Part shown: piece by piece, positions 26,151-39,677 of the stretch
Layout of the letters: every line of letters begins with the position of its first letter
Numbering within the stretch: the stretch's first letter is position 1
Origin: Flaccisagitta enflata
Taxonomy: Eukaryota
Length of the DNA: 64,000 bases
Direction of reading: 5' to 3'
Assembly: GCA_965153355.1 (NCBI GenBank)
Contig: OZ231126.1
Coordinates: 44,640,001-44,704,000 of the forward strand
Program-made: the position numbers and the translations under genes
The notes under the pieces: generated by a model
The model's input: only the letters and a program-made list of their open reading frames with translations
The model's database searches: none
Told to the model about the DNA's origin: nothing

Positions 26151-26804
26151 AATTATATATCATCGACATAATTGAATTACCGAAAGGGATGACGGAACAT
26201 TTGCATTCGCCGTCCGAAAAAAATCAAAATCCCCAGATTGTTCCGCTTTGCCATGCCCACTGCCGAAGAGAAGGAACAATCAATGAATCCTTTCCCGAAG
26301 ACTTATTTGTATAAATTCTGTTTCAAACCAGTTTCTTTAATTCATACTTCGAGCATTCAACCGAAGTTTTAACTCTGCCTTAATCCACACAACACAAATC
26401 AGACATAAACACACACACACACACACAAAATATATTCACGCTCTTGCCATCAGGCAGTCCCGCATAGAAATATCAGTTTCGAACAGTAAAAACATTTCAA
26501 TTAAGATAGAGAGCGGGGATCAAAACAAAAACGAGAAAAAGAAACTTAGACTCTAAGTTAGAGCACTCTTTTTTTTCTAAAGTTAATCAGAACTCAAAAC
26601 ATCGAACGAGGAGAGGTGTTTTTTTGTATCAAACTGCCACGACCAGGCACGACGCGACGTCCGCGCCCGGCCACAGTGTATGAGATAAACATTAAAAAAA
26701 ACCTTTGATGAATCAACCTTTATTGGGAAAACACTTTTTTAGCGACTTGATTAATTATCTTTGTGACTTGATTAATTATTCAATTCATCACTAACCTATT
26801 CATC

Positions 26805-26940
26805 ATGTCGGCCGATGATGAATTGAGCAACGCTTTGGAAAGAAGAAACGACATTAATGAAGGCAAAGCCAAACCCAAATTTAACAAAAAAATCCCAATC
26901 GCCACAGAATTCAAAGAATTTTCGTTCAAAGAAATCCAAC
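26805..26940 (+). CDS. EFHD2: EF-hand domain protein, EFHD1/EFHD2 (swiprosin) family, exon 1
   Basis: ATG at 26805; MSADDELSNALERRNDINEG...TEFKEFSFKEIQ resembles the swiprosin N-terminus; perfect GTAAGT donor at 26941 (phase 1). The symbol denotes the family, not proven orthology. Confidence 0.9.
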
Positions 26941-27146
26941 GTAAGTACGCTTTCTTTCAAACATCGTTTTATGATTATACTCCGTCTAGTATTAAAATGT
27001 GTAATGTAAAAAGGTTGTGCTAATTCGATGAACAGTATCAAGAAACTATTCAATGATCAAGGAAAAAAATTCTGGATCATGGAGTAATCTTAGATAGATT
27101 CAATGCAACCTGAATGTATGATTCCGTCCATACCTCCGGCCGTCCA

Positions 27147-27460
27147 TACCACACGGATAAAAAAAAAGTGCACTTTTAAATGGTTAATATTGCTAATGAA
27201 TCTTTAGATAGGTAGTTAAAATCTTAGACCGTTTGAAAGCCCTTTAAAAGTACTTTCATTTTGCGCCAATCTGGTATTTCTATCTTTTTTGTTTAGAAAT
27301 GGCATTAGTTTGAAGGAAAACATTGCCCATTTCAGTTTTGCAATCCCTATGTATAAAATGCATTTTAGCAAAATAGAGCTTCTCTTTGCAGAACTCTAAA
27401 CCGTTTGGTCTAGAATTGGTCTAGAATGAAAGATTTTTTGAAAATCTTCAAAAATGACTT
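27147..27460. mobile_element. Partial MITE related to 47869-48279 (intronic)
   Basis: Shares GCGCCAATCTGG..TCTATCTTTTT..GAAATGGCATTAGTTTGA with the reverse complement of 48110-48270; far boundary unclear. Confidence 0.55.
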
Positions 27461-28430
27461 TGCTAAAAAATTTCTAAATTGTTTTTTGTCGGGAAAAAAG
27501 TCGAAGTCAGTCTTCGACTTTTTGACATATTCGAGAGAAACAGGGTTTTCATTTTCTTATGCGAAAGTTGTGGCTCTCCTAGGGGCGAATGGGGCCTCCA
27601 ATGAAATTGATAGGGTAAGTAAATTTGATAATTCTCTTTCATTTGGCGCCAAGCAGAATGTTCTACGACAAATACTTTTGGCGCTATGATTTTTTAAAGA
27701 TTTATTTATGAAAAATTCGAATGAAATTTTTTTCAATTTTTTACGATTTTGTGTTTGATCAATAAAGGAGTGTATTTATGTTTACATGAGCATGCAAATA
27801 CAAGAAAATATGTTTATGAGCACAGCTGCTCATCTGTAAGGGTATTTTTGAGCATTTCAGCTCATTTAGCTCACTTAGCTCAGTCTGTTCTTTCTGATTT
27901 CAAATATAATAAATGAATGAATATTTCCAAACTTGTTTAAGCAAGCGAATAAAAAAACATGTCAGTGAGCAGAGCTGCTCATCTGCGAGGGCGTTTTCAA
28001 GTATTCTAGCTCATTTAGCTCATTAAGCTTGCGCTTTTTCTTTAATTTTAAACAGGATGAATAAATTAATGTTTTGATTTAAGCATGCAAATACAAGAAA
28101 GCATGTCAGTGAGCAAAGCTGGTTGTCTTGTTGAATCATTTTGATTGTTTTAGCTCATCTAGCTCATTTGGCTCAGTCCTATTTTTCTCTGATTTTCAGT
28201 GCAGTCAATACATACAATTGCTTTTGATTTGATCTAACAAAATTTCAATGACTGAAGATGGTGAAAAGTGACCAATGCTTACGACTTTTTTCCTCACGGC
28301 GACAGCCGCCATTACTGGTATTTTTTTTTACCAATAAACAAATAGCTGCGTCTTTTTTTTATCCACGTGATACAACCTCATTCAATTGGTTTTTTTTTTT
28401 GCCGGTTCTTATTTTTTTTATCTCCCGTAG

Positions 28431-28555
28431 AATACACGGCGATTTTCCGTAAATGGGAGAAGAAGAGCGGTGCTGGTGATGGAGAAATTGACTTCGAAAA
28501 CCTCAAACGACTCATGGAAAGTCTCGGTTGTCCCCAAACGCACTTGGAACTCAAA
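28431..28555 (+). CDS. EFHD2: EFHD/swiprosin-like exon 2 (EF-hand 1)
   Basis: Poly-T..CCCGTAG acceptor; YTAIFRKWEKKSGAGDGEIDFENLKRLMESLGCPQTHLELK (PQTHL motif); GTAAG donor. Confidence 0.92.
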
Positions 28556-28773
28556 GTAAGAAACGGACTTGTGGGCGAAACTGCACGTTTTTAAACATTT
28601 CCACTCTAACCGTTACAGACGGACCAAAAGAACGAAAAACGAGTCAGGGAAAGGAAGAGGAAAAAGGGGCAACCAGATTGAAATAGTGCTTATTGGGCGA
28701 GTAAACTAGAAACTGATAAGAATAAACATTTATATGAGGAAACATCACTTTATGTTTTCACTTCGGATTTCAG

Positions 28774-28962
28774 AGGATGTTGAAGGAAGTAAACGACTCG
28801 ACAGAAACCATCGACATATACGAATTCTTTCATATATTCCGTATGGGTCGATCTGGCGATTTGACCGAAGGCTCGGGACTCTATAATCTCTACGCGCAAA
28901 TAAGCGAAATCGACGTCGCCAAGGAAGGAGTCGCGAGCGCAGCGGATTTCTTCGAAGCCAAG
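28774..28962 (+). CDS. EFHD2: EFHD/swiprosin-like exon 3 (EF-hand 2 and the following helical region)
   Basis: TTTCAG acceptor; RMLKEVNDSTETIDIYEFFHIFR...SEIDVAKEGVASAADFFEAK; GTACGT donor. Confidence 0.92.
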
Positions 28963-29715
28963 GTACGTTACACCGGATAGGTAGCTCAGGAGAGCGCGAG
29001 ATTGATTGAAGTTAGGCGGATCAACGGACCGACGGACCGAAACAGTAACAGTGCCGGCGATCCCATATGGTTGATTCTCGATTCTTGCCTTCAATGGTAT
29101 GGTTTTTAACAACATTGCCTTTGATATCTAGATTATCCTTGGATAGCTACATCATCATTTGGTAATTTGTTTGTAACAATTGGGAAGAAATATTACAAAA
29201 AAATTTGATTTCAGATTTTCGGGTTGACATAAGATTTTTTGAAAGGGTTGTTTCAGGAAGAAGAAAGTTTCAGTTTCTTGCTATTTTTGGTATATGAGGA
29301 GTATGAGAAGGTGCCCAGATGGATATGGTCTCCTTCGACCCGCCATATTTATCAAGTGTTTTCTTATGGTCTGCATATCTCATGTATAGACAGAAATTGG
29401 TGACTTTTTTTAAATGATGCATAACTTTTGACCAGTCTTGTGATAATTTCTGAAGAGGGAATATTTCTTTAGAAATTTAAAGGATAGTTGTGATGGGTCC
29501 GGATTAAACACCAGTGAGAGCTCCAAAGGCTCTCATCCTTTATTTAAGTAGGGTTGAGTAGTAATGTTGTCCAACTTTCATATAGTCTCATGTCCGCGAC
29601 TAGAATGTGTAAACTGTTTTTGGCGCGCGTGCCAAAATGAAACTATCGGTAACTAATTGCCCTGGAAAATAAGATATGGCCCAGTGGCTAATCTTCTGCT
29701 TTTGCCTCTGCCCAG

Positions 29716-29847
29716 GTGAGGCAGGCCACCGCCGCCAATCAATGGGAATTGGAAATCCGAGAAGACCAAGAGCAAAAAAGGAAAGAAAATGAAGAGAAGA
29801 AGAAACGTCAAGAAGAATTCAAAGCGAAAGCTAATCTGTTCCAGTAG
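29716..29847 (+). CDS. EFHD2: EFHD/swiprosin-like exon 4 (C-terminal coiled coil)
   Basis: CCCAG acceptor; VRQATAANQWELEIREDQEQKRKENEEKKKRQEEFKAKANLFQ*. The spliced CDS totals 582 nt (193 aa). Confidence 0.9.
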   Translation: MRQATAANQWELEIREDQEQKRKENEEKKKRQEEFKAKANLFQ

Positions 29848-30588
29848 ATCAATCATGAATTTTCCTTTTTCGTGTTTGTTGGGTTGGTGACATTGTTTTT
29901 TGCGCCCATTTGATGAACTTTATGAATTCTGAAACTAATACATTCCCAGGAACTTGCTTCTGATTGGTGCTGCCATCTGTAAAAATTCTCCCCGCCCCTT
30001 ATTTCTGCGTTAATTTCTTTTGCCTGAATATTCTCGTTATATTTTGAAAGAACAACAACAAATTGATCCCGTGAATTGAACATGAATAGTTTCTTTTTGT
30101 TGACTTGGTAAGTTGGTCGTAAACAAGCTTAACTTATCGACGCTTCATTGTCAGCATTTCATTATCTCCGACACAGCTATGCAAGGAGTAGGAATTCAGA
30201 AATTTGGCGGCGTTTTAAAGCTGAAACTATGAAGCCACGTGAAGTAAAAAATTGCATCCAACTTTTGCAAAGCGAATGTTTACTGCAAATGCGAAAAACG
30301 GGATAACGACCAAAAGTTTTAAAACCGTATGCGTAGCCTTAAAATAACGCAACTTGAAAATGTTGGAACCTTTGAAAAGTGAAAATAAAGGAAAAGAAAT
30401 AAAAAAATGAAGAAGAAAATAAAAAAAACGGGCAATAAGAAAACGAACGGAAAACGACGGGAAAGGGTAAGAAAAACTAGAAAAAAAAAAAAAAAAAAAA
30501 AGAAGGAAAGAAAAAATCGTTTCAACTTTTAAAATCGTCCATCGGTGGACGCAGTTCAGAAGATGGCTTGGAAAGTGATAGTAAAAAT

Positions 30589-30622
<34 letters not shown>

Positions 30623-30633
30623 CTTTTGCAGTA

Positions 30634-33600
30634 AACAAGGCCAACACCTATAAGTCGCGTGCAGGACAAAAATAACTGAACTGACCTGACTCCTTATTGT
30701 ATCTTTTTATCGAAAATCAGACTTAAAGCAACCCAAAACAGACCCAAACCAGACCCTGACCAGACTCCAAACAGCTCAAGCCAGGCTCAGAAACCAGACT
30801 CAGGCGGCTAGCCCAGCCCACAGCCCCCAGCCCTCTCAGGCCCCGGGCTACACAGGAAAGCGGGGTGGGAGAGCATCAGCTCAGCTAGACTCATCAGGCT
30901 CAGCCAAATCGCTCATTAACGACTCCAGCCAAGTCGCGAGCTCACAGTCACAAACCCGCCAAGACTCAGCCAGATTCAGCCAGGCCAAGCCAGGCCAGCC
31001 CGGCTCCGGCCAGGGCCAGCCGTCGTGACCGGCCAGGCTCAGCCAGACCAGCCAGGCTCAGTAAAAATTAGCAGACCAACAGGCCAAAATCAGTTCAATC
31101 AGTTTCGTCAGATTTAAATCAAACAAAGCCAGACGCCACCAGACGCCACAGACCTGCTAGACCTCACTGGAGCATAAATGAGCATGAACAGTTTCAACAG
31201 ACTTCATATACTTATCTTCACTATCATTTTAACAACGAACCGTATGAACCGACATTAGACCTGCAGACTTAAACCAGTAGATTTAAACCAGCAACTGTAG
31301 CGAACTTTAACCAGCGAACCAGCCAGCAGACTGACCAATTATGACCAAGCATTACCAAGAATGACCAAAAATGACTAAGAATGACCAAGAATGACCAAAA
31401 ATGATAAATAATGACCGAGAATGACCAAGAATGACCAAGAATGACCAAGAATGACAAAGAATGACCAAGAATGACTAATAATGACCAACAATACTCTAAA
31501 ATAATAAAAAATGATCAAAAATAATAAAATATGTCCAAAAATGAAAATAAATGACCATAAAACACCAAAAATGAATGTGATGTGTATATTAACCCTAATG
31601 ACCAAAATGGCCAAAATTATCTAAAATTATCAAAGTGACCTAAAATGACCTAAAATGACCTCAAATGACCTGAAAAGTCCAAAAATGACCAAAAATGACC
31701 AAAATGACCAATAATGACAAAGGTTGGTTTGAGGAGGTGGGGTGGATTGGGTGAGTTAGGATTGAGAGGTGAGTAGGGGCGGGTAGTGTGGTGGGAGTGT
31801 TTGAGGTGAGTCAGAGGGAGGCCAGGTGGAGCGAGTAGGTCAGGAGTAGTAGGTCAAGGTAAGGCAGGTGGAATTTAGGCATTTGGTGTTAAAAATGGTA
31901 GTGATCCGTGTGGCCAGGTGGATCAAAAATGACCAGTGACCATTATGTTAAATGATAAAAAATGATAAATGACCAAAAATGATGAAATGTGAAAAATGAT
32001 CAAAATAATAAAAATGACCAAAATGATCAAAAATGATCATAATCAAAAATGACCAAAAATGACCAAAGGCAATAAGACTGACCAGAAGCTTGGCCAAAAT
32101 GACGAAGTAGTCAAAATGACAAAAAATGACCAAAAATGATCAAAAATGATTAAAAATGATTAGAAATGATTAAAAATGATTATGAATGATGTAGTAATGA
32201 CCAAAATGACCAAAAATGACCAAAATGACCAAAATGACCAAAATGACCAAAATGACCAAAATGACCAAAAATAATAAAAATGAACCAAAAATGACCAAAA
32301 TGACTAAAAATACACACATCTCTGGATACCCCCAAAGAGAATCAAAATATGTATTTTTCTGTTACTGTGTAATTTTGTCTTCAGGAACATGTGGGCTACT
32401 AAAAAAAACAAAAAACAAAAAAATTCATCTGAAATTTTTTCATTTATATCTTTGTAGGCCAAAAAAGGGTATTTTTAGCGCTTTTTGAGCATGAAATTGT
32501 ATATACAGCTTTGCCAACACGAAAATCTACCGTAAATGTGTGGCATTAGCTAGAATATATATGTTTTCACTATTATAAAAAAGTTTTTATGGAATATCCC
32601 AAAGATGCGAGAGCATAAAAAAAGTCAAAAATAGCAAAAACATTATTTTAATGACCTTGTTTTTCAGTATTTTTAAGCCTAGATTCGTTCATGCAGCACA
32701 ATAACTCCTGAAAAAATCCTAGAAATGTGTGGCAATTACTTTTTATATACATGTTTTAACCCTTGTCAAAAAGTTTTTTGAAATCTCAAAAATAAGAGTA
32801 TAAAAGCAAAAAAAACAATAAACATAGCTTTTTTCAATATTTTTAAGTCTTGATTTGTTTATATTGTATAAAAACTGCTGAAGAATCCTAGAAATGTATA
32901 GCAACAGCTATAATATACATGTTTTTACCTTTTTCAAAAAGTTTTTTTAGGATATCTTAGAGACAAGAGCATAAAAAAACCCAAAAAAACGGCAAAATAT
33001 CATTTTTTTCAAGATTTTTACGTCTTAATTTGTCCATGCAGCATAGCAACTCTTGAAAAGTCCTGGAAATGTATCATAGTAGTCTGAGTATAACTATTTT
33101 CACCCTGAACAACTAGTCAATCATAATAGTTTTGTTTTTTAAGCCTTAAGATAACTTAAAAACAGCAAAATATTAGTGTTTTAAGCTATTTTAAGGCTCA
33201 AAACACAAAAGTATTGTGAATGACTAGTTGTTCAGGGTGAAAATAGTTATACTTAAACTACTACTACACATTTCCAGGCTTTTTCAGGGGTTGTTATGCT
33301 GTATGAACAAATTGGGATGTAAAAATACTGAAAAAAATGATATTTTGCTGTTTTTTAGCTTTTTTTTTGCTGTTTTTTAGCTGTTTTATACTCATATCTT
33401 TATGATATCCAAAATTCTTTTTTTTTCAAAGGTAAGAACATGTATATTCTAGCTGTTGCTATACATTTCTAGGATTTTTCAGCAGTTTTTATATGATATA
33501 AACAAATTAAGACTTAAAAATACTGGAAAAAGCTATGTTTTGCTGTTATTTGCTTTTTGTACTCTTATTTTTTAGATTTCACAAAAAAACTTTTTGATAA

Positions 33601-34138
33601 GAGTTATAACATGTAGATGTTAGCTATTACCACACATATCTAGGATTTTTCAGGAACTATTATGCTGTATAAACAAATTAGAAATTCAAAATACTAAAAG
33701 CAATATTTACCATTCTTTGACTTTTTTACTCTTATCTTTTGGATATTCAAAAAAAACACAGTAATGAATTAAAAACATATGTACAACTAATGCCACATTA
33801 TGGTGTTTTGAATTTTTCAAAAGTGCTACTAATTCATACTCAAAAGTGCTAAAATACCCTTTTTTTGCCTAAAAAGTGATATAAATGAAAAAATTTCAGA
33901 TGAATTTTTTTGTTTTTTGTTTTTTTTAGTAGCCCACATGTTCCTGAAGACAAATGACACAGTCAGAAAAAATGGGTATTTTGATTTTCTTTGGGGGGGT
34001 ATCCAGAGATGTGTGAGCAACCAAAAATGACCAAAAACGACACAAAAAAGCAAAGTGTTACCGACCGACCGACCGACCGACCGACGGACGGACCGACCGA
34101 CCGACAGAGCGGGTTGTAGAGTCGCGTGCACGCGACTA
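30634..34138 (-). mobile_element. Large HINE/DINE-1-like element (family A) carrying satellite arrays and a nested foldback element
   Basis: Both ends are near-identical reverse complements of the ends of 43897-46019; internal ATGACCAAA(A) array. Confidence 0.85.
32313..34015. mobile_element. ~1.7-kb foldback (palindromic) DNA element
   Basis: CACACATCTCTGGATACCCC... / ...GGGGTATCCAGAGATGTGTG termini; arms stay complementary to a centre near 33170; internal subrepeats; no clean TSD. Confidence 0.85.
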
Positions 34139-34278
34139 AAAAGTGACTCTCCACGCTCTAACTCGTCTGCAGTTCTTTTAAGACGCTGTACGCCTTGTCT
34201 TTTGTTTGACATTTTATTGGCCATAACCGAAATTGCCGATTCATAACCTGGATGGTCATGTCACGCCTCCTAGATGGC

Positions 34279-34327
<49 letters not shown>

Positions 34328-35758
34328 AGAAAAGACAGCAGGGTAGAAAGACAGATATAAAGGATACAATAGAGATAGAAAGGCATACTAAGGTAGAAGA
34401 ATAAAAAGAGCTGAAATTGAATGATGGGAGAGTTACATTTAAAGCGAGATAGAAAGAGAATCACACAGAACATGCTATAAAGAGACAGAAATATAGGAAA
34501 AATACGGTTGGGAGAGACAGACAGAGCTTGTGAGATTGAGATAGCGAGACAGCAACTCAGATAGTAAGACAGTCTTAAAGTGATGCGAGCGTGAATCCTA
34601 GTAAACGTTTTATTTTTTAAAAGTAGGAGTAAGCCATTCCACTCTTTTTAGAAAAAAACGAGCGAATTTTTTTTATCGGTATCGATATCGTTACGACAAA
34701 CGGCTTGACTCTTGCACTGTGTGGAGGAGGAGAGTGCGTCAGATCCGGAGAAAAAGGGAGAAGGTGGGGGAGATGGGGGAGGTGGGGGAGGTGGGGGAGG
34801 TGGGGGAGGTGGGGGAGGTGGAGAAGGTGAAGGAGGTGGAGGGAACAAGAGGATGGATATGGGATGATGACGGATGCGTGTGAAAAAGTTAACACGTAAG
34901 GAGTTGTAGAAAAGATAAAACCAAAATCCAACGTGCTGCTAATAGAAGTGAAAATTAACATTTGTCAACGAAAGAAATAAACAAGAGTAAGCAACAATAA
35001 ACGACAATAAACAAAAAAAAAAACAACAATAAACAAGCATAAAAAAAAAAACAATCTGTTTTGCCTTTGAGTACCCAAAAAAGGTCAAAATCAAAAAGAT
35101 ATTTGTTACCTACCTACCGACCTACCGACCGACAGAGCAAGGTGTAGAGTCGCGTGCACGCGACTGAAAATAACACAAACAATAGTTGAACTGCAAAACA
35201 TGCAGTTCTACCGGCAACGATTTTTCATTCATCCCATACTAAAATCTATTTCATTTTCGGACGACAGACACATGGAAAGCAGACAGACAAACATGGATGG
35301 AGATAGCAGAGTTTTTAAGGACAGCGACCGATTATCAGCGCCATCAGCGCCATCGTTCACCCATTGACCAATGACCGACTCTTTTCCTCCCTTTTCCTCC
35401 CTTTCTTCCTCCTCTTCCTTTTCTTCCTCCTCTTCCTCCTCTTATTCCTCCTCCTCTTCTTCCATCTACACGACAACATCCCATGAATAATTATCCTTTT
35501 TATCTTTCCAATCAACTCTCCTTTTCTTTGGAAAATTGGAATTCATTTTGGTTGGTCGGTCGGTCCGTCGGTCCGTCCGTTCGCCTTCGAAACCTCATCA
35601 AGACAAAGTTTGACCTTATGAAATTGCCGAAACCTTTTACAAATGTGTCGCAGAATTGAACTTTAACCTATCCAGAAGATGGCAACGTCGCGCGTCTCTG
35701 CCAATATCGTGACATCTGAAGGGAGGGTAACAGAGAGAGAGAGAGTGAGAGTGAGAGT

Positions 35759-35831
<73 letters not shown>

Positions 35832-36049
35832 TGAGAGAGAAAGAGAAATTGGATAAAAGAGGATTGAAGTGGAGTAAGACTTGCACAAGGTGGTAGTGCT
35901 GGCGATAACAAGTAAGTGAAAAGGGAAAAAATGGAAAACGTCAATATGAATCGGAAAAACATGACGACACACAAAAGAACAACAATAACAACAACAACAG
36001 TAACAAATACAACAAAAAACAACAAAAAGAAAAAAACCCAACAACAACA

Positions 36050-36057
36050 ACAATATG

Positions 36058-36148
<91 letters not shown>

Positions 36149-36149
36149 A

Positions 36150-36186
<37 letters not shown>

Positions 36187-36293
36187 ACAACAACAACAGC
36201 AACAACAACAGCAACAACAACAGCAACAGCAAAAACAAAAACAACAACAACAACAACAACAACAACGGAAACCACAACAACAACAACAACAAC
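36050..36293 (+). repeat. (CAA)n/(CAG) microsatellite
   Basis: Directly visible. Confidence 0.95.
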
Positions 36294-36299
36294 ATAAAA

Positions 36300-36355
<56 letters not shown>

Positions 36356-36695
36356 AAGAAAGAAAGAAAGAAAGATAGATATAAAGAAACAAAAAAAAAG
36401 AACGCAAGAAAAAACGTAGGGAAGTAAAAAGAAAGAAGGAAAGGAGAAAGCGAGAAAAGATAGAGAGACAGAAAGAAAGAGACAAGAAATCAGTGACAGG
36501 GGGCGGTTTAGGAAAAAAAAAGAGTGACAATTGACAACCAGCTTTGGTCGCCCTAAAGCAAAAGACATATCAAACGCCATAAAACGTCGTTCATCGCGAG
36601 GTCGACCTTAAAAGGCGGCCGACAGGGCGACCTAAAAGGCGATCGACCTAAAAGAATGACACCGACCTTTCTCCCTTTCCGGCGCGGCGGCGGCA

Positions 36696-37525
<830 letters not shown>

Positions 37526-38373
37526 GCTGTATTCTATATCGAATCGGCGTCGGCGGTTTCGACCCCTTCGACACGCAAACGATGGTGAAGGGGACCTCAA
37601 TCGACGAGGACGACGCCGAGCCGGTGAAGCGGAGGACGCTGAGGACGACCTCAATTGACGACTTGGTTGGATGAAGGCGAAGTCGACCTCAATCTCATCG
37701 TCGGAATAAAGAGTCAAAGAATCTCGGCGAAATTACTGAATGGGCGCCGTTTAGGTTAAGATGAAGATTTTGGCTCGACATTGCTTTCTTTTTGGATTAA
37801 TCATTCAAAATGAAAAGTGAACACCCCGCTTTGGCACATACGACAGATCTGTCATAGAATGATAGATGTGGTATAAAATGTCAGTATTTCAAAATTATCA
37901 ATTTATCATTTCTGATAATGACAACAACAGAGGTCTTCACCCTACTGATGAAATATATGATGAATACAGGATTTTTTTTTTGACCAGGCCAACCGGGTCC
38001 GCGCCTCAAAGACGGAGTCCCCAGTCGCGGAGGGTTGGGCAGGGGCAGTGGAGCAAAAAACTAAAAGTTACCGACCGACCAGCGAAATATTACCAACGGA
38101 CCAATGGAACGACCGACTGACCAATCGAAGGACCGACCGATGGACCGACACGGCAAGTTCTAGAGTCACGTGTCCGCGACTTAAAAACAGCGGCCCGGTT
38201 AACAAAACTGTCTTGAGCGGGAAAGAGGGCCGCGCGCAACAAAAACAAAGTCGCGGTAACTTGGACGGAGATGCGCGCTTTTACATATACACACACACGC
38301 TCGCACACGCGCACACGCGCGCACACACACACACACACGCGCGCGCACACACACGCGCGCGCACACACGCACA

Positions 38374-38433
<60 letters not shown>

Positions 38434-38741
38434 CACACGATCAAAAAATCCATCAGTCTCAGGTGTACCGAAAATTTGAATCAAACAAGTGGAAAATTTG
38501 TGAAAATTAAAAAGCAAATAAAAATTAACGAGGATCAGAGACAGAAAGAAAATTAGAAGCGACGTATATAATGACTCAGTTGGAAAAATTCTCTCATTAA
38601 CTTTTTGCCTCTCAAATTATTAGCGCAGCGCGACATCCCAGCAGTTTGGAATGCAATAACTTTAAAGCGGCAATTCGATAGAAGGGTTAAGTGATTAAAA
38701 CATGAGCCAAATTAAAAGGGAGATCCTATTAAAGAGATTGC

Positions 38742-38785
<44 letters not shown>

Positions 38786-38922
38786 CGCAAAGAAGCGCAA
38801 ATAAAAAAGCTCTTTCGTGAGCCACAAGGTGGCAGAATTCATAAAAAAAGAAAATGACAACGTAATTCTGTAAAGAGCAACCACGACATTGACGAAATAG
38901 ACGATCACGACGAAGATACGCC

Positions 38923-39108
<186 letters not shown>

Positions 39109-39202
39109 GTACACCTAACTTTCTTTCTGTCTGTCTGTCTGTTTTATCTCTGTCTGTGTCTCTGTCTGTGTCTCTCAGTCTCTTACTCTTTGTCTGTCTG
39201 CT

Positions 39203-39305
<103 letters not shown>

Positions 39306-39677
39306 TTTTGTCTTTCTCTCATTCCATTTCTTTTTCTTTTGGAAATTGCGCCAGAAAAAAGGAAAAAGGGAAAAGATTTCGCGTTTTTTTTCCTCAAAGA
39401 AAAACGCTCATATAAAACCTCTAGCTTCATTTTTACAAGGGGTAATTACTCAAGTCAAAGGTCCTCAAACGGAAACAGATTGGAGCCAGATTAGAAGCAA
39501 AAACGAAAGGGAAAAGACAAGGAAGAACAAGAAAAGAAATAGATTAAAAGAAGGGATAAGGAGGATAGGGAGAAGAGAATGATGAAGATTGGGAAGTGGA
39601 TTGAGGAATGAGTAGAGAGGGAGGAAAGACATGTGAATTGTATCTTACGTCGTTTCACAGGTTGCTATTCTACCTCT

